A stretch of 45,226 bases of DNA from Alphaproteobacteria bacterium (GTDB taxonomy: Bacteria; Pseudomonadota; Alphaproteobacteria; Micavibrionales; Micavibrionaceae). Positions within the stretch are counted from its first letter, which is position 1, and the number at the start of each line of letters is the position of its first letter. The notes below the pieces were generated by a model that was not told the origin of the DNA, searched no databases, and saw nothing but the letters and a program-made list of their open reading frames with translations. Shown here piece by piece: positions 43,665 through 45,226 of this stretch. The DNA is taken from contig JALZUF010000239.1 of NCBI GenBank assembly GCA_023301785.1, positions 1-45,226 on the forward strand. Direction: 5' to 3'. The position numbers and the translations under genes are program-made.

Positions 43665-43924
43665 AGTTGCTCCTCTTCTACTCGTTCAAGTTCATGTTTA
43701 ACAGTAGCACCTGTGAACCGCGCAATACCTGATAGAGCATTGTTGTAAGGTTCTAGTTCATCTACGAACGCAGCATAGAAAGCGGGTAATGCACGAGCAC
43801 CACAGGACTGTATAATACAACTCATCTCTGGTGACTTATCACATATACCATTAAGAGTTTCCATACCAATGTCGTGGGCAAGGTGAACTCTGTCTATCTG
43901 GTCATTATCTAGTAGGTTTTTCAT
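43649..43924 (-). CDS. Hypothetical protein (91 aa)
   Basis: ORF coupled to the exonuclease gene (ATGA-type overlap). Confidence 0.65.
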   Translation of the reverse strand: MKNLLDNDQIDRVHLAHDIGMETLNGICDKSPEMSCIIQSCGARALPAFYAAFVDELEPYNNALSGIARFTGATVKHELERVEEEQLCLDV

Positions 43925-44967
43925 TTTATTTCCTTAAAGAATTTAAGTACATCTTTACGGTCAGGAACTCTACGCATCCATAACAGTTGCGCCTCTGACA
44001 CGAGAACTTTGTGCCACTCGACACTCTCTCCCGTCTGCCAGTGTTTAAACCCTACTGTATCTCCGTAGTTCTTGTATACTGTTTTGATTAAATCGAAAGC
44101 TTGCTTGTCATTCTTTACGAGCTTCATTAACTCCGAAGCAATGACAGCACCACACGCACCGTCTTTACGAGCGTCTAATGTTTTCTGTGCCTTAGCTTTC
44201 TGGGCTTTAGTACCAGTTTTTAGTAACTGCATGGCAGCAGTTATAGGTTTAGTCGGCTTGACCTGATTCAATAAAGAGCCGGGGACTAAAGGAATACCTT
44301 TAATAGAATCTGCTGTATCTCCAGTCAACATCTGTGACCAAAAGAAAGCAGTACCCTTACCTACAATTTTAGGAGAGGACTTTGACCTGTCTAAGTTTAC
44401 GTAACCGTATCCTTCTACAAATTCAAGAGTACCTTCCTGCCAGTCCAAATGCCAGCCCGGACACATTTGTAAATCTTTGTCCATTGAGCACAAAACCGCT
44501 AAATCCGGTGAAGAATTTTTGACAGCTTTGTAATTAGCTTGGCACATACCATCATCTGCTTCTTGGTCTACATGGGAAATAGCTCCCCGTGAAGTCTCCA
44601 TCCAGCCTTTAATAGTATGCAAGTGTTTAGGTTTAGCTTTATCTTTACGATTATTCTGGTATTCCTGCTGTATAGCTATGTCGTACCTTTCTCCCTTATC
44701 TCCCTCTGAGGCAGTTAAGTGAAGTACTACCGATTCCGCACCAGCGTAGAGCCTAAGCTCTTCCACTGCTACGTCATGGTTGTGCATCATATCTTTTAAT
44801 GGTTTAGTGTCATCAGCAGATACTTGATACGCAAGAAAGTCACCATCTATATTGAGTACGCGACCCGGAATCACATCTGGGAAATCCGGGTCACTTACTT
44901 GCTCTTTAAAATTGGAAGAGTCAAAACCGAACTTCTCTTTGAGAAGGTCAGAATTAGTCTTCGTCAT
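43921..44967 (-). CDS. 5'-3' exonuclease (T7 gp6-like)
   Basis: VLNIDGDFLAYQ, AVLCSMDKDLQMCPGW and MLTGDTADSIKGIP align with my recollection of T7 gp6 (ILVMDGDWLVFQ, AVIISCDKDFKTIP, IKGDITDGYSGI). Start set at the ATG at 44967 (GAGGA 8 nt upstream) rather than the TTG at 44982. Confidence 0.85.
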   Translation of the reverse strand: MTKTNSDLLKEKFGFDSSNFKEQVSDPDFPDVIPGRVLNIDGDFLAYQVSADDTKPLKDMMHNHDVAVEELRLYAGAESVVLHLTASEGDKGERYDIAIQQEYQNNRKDKAKPKHLHTIKGWMETSRGAISHVDQEADDGMCQANYKAVKNSSPDLAVLCSMDKDLQMCPGWHLDWQEGTLEFVEGYGYVNLDRSKSSPKIVGKGTAFFWSQMLTGDTADSIKGIPLVPGSLLNQVKPTKPITAAMQLLKTGTKAQKAKAQKTLDARKDGACGAVIASELMKLVKNDKQAFDLIKTVYKNYGDTVGFKHWQTGESVEWHKVLVSEAQLLWMRRVPDRKDVLKFFKEIK

Positions 44968-45226
44968 CAAAGCAATCCTCAATCATTTCGTCTTCGTCAA
45001 TGTCCTCAACTACTTCCTTCTTAGCTTTTTTCTTAGAAGGGGATTTGGTCGCAGTCTTCGCAGAGGGTTCTGCCTTTTTCGATTTCTTTGCGGCAGTCTT
45101 GGCAGCGACCTTTTTCTTTTTTGGTGCTTCCTCTACTTCTTCCTCCTCATCGTCTTCATCAAGATCAATGTCTTCTACATCAACTTCTTCATCTTCATCG
45201 TCCTCTTCTTCGATCTCTTCTTCTTC
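44954..45226 (-). CDS. C-terminal part of the wrap-around SSB-like protein (unique part 44954-45127; 45128-45226 duplicates 1-99)
   Basis: The in-frame continuation is ...EEAPKKKKVAAKTAAKKSKKAEPSAKTATKSPSKKKAKKEVVEDIDEDEMIEDCFDDED, with the stop at 44954-44956. Confidence 0.45.
   Translation of the reverse strand, partial: EEEEIEEEDDEDEEVDVEDIDLDEDDEEEEVEEAPKKKKVAAKTAAKKSKKAEPSAKTATKSPSKKKAKKEVVEDIDEDEMIEDCFDDED
45128..45226. repeat. Right copy of the 99-bp terminal overlap
   Basis: Identical to 1-99. Confidence 0.95.

Overview
The window is a complete, circularly closed genome of a T7-supergroup podovirus (Autographiviridae-like, with phiKMV-type gene order). The first 99 bp are identical to the last 99 bp (1-99 = 45128-45226). 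This looks like an assembly overlap, which gives a unique length of 45,127 bp and splits one gene across the window edge.

Every credible gene is on the minus strand. Genes are tightly packed, with strong Shine-Dalgarno sites and many TAATG/ATGA stop-start overlaps.

In the direction of transcription (descending coordinates) the layout is:
- About 1.1 kb of AT-rich non-coding control region (15700-14722). It holds a GTATA repeat array, three tandem sigma70-type promoters and a nested inverted-repeat leader element.
- About 15 small early ORFs (14721-12397), many of them very acidic.
- About 490 nt with no convincing ORF (12396-11906), containing two strong hairpins and an aberrant 95-nt tRNA-like element.
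- The replication module: primase, DnaB-like helicase, a metallophosphoesterase-like protein, a putative dNTP diphosphohydrolase-like protein, ATP-dependent ligase, family A DNA polymerase, an SSB-like protein that wraps the window edge, a T7 gp6-like exonuclease and endonuclease VII.
- A single-subunit RNA polymerase (42977-40566).
- The structural module: portal, scaffold, capsid plus terminator, tail tubular A and B, three internal virion proteins including an SLT-domain protein, a tail-fibre adaptor and an RCC1-repeat fibre.
- Small and large terminase.
- A GH108 endolysin and a 3-TM holin.
- A terminator-bounded right-end accessory module (LamG-like protein, double SGNH esterase, collagen-like fibre).
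- tRNA-Trp(CCA).

All functional calls rest on motifs I recognise by eye and on synteny. No database or folding software was run.

The items I think most deserve follow-up are the tRNA-like element and its surrounding non-coding block, the mutually exclusive inverted repeats in the early leader, the repeat array at the presumed genome end, and the post-lysis host-recognition module.
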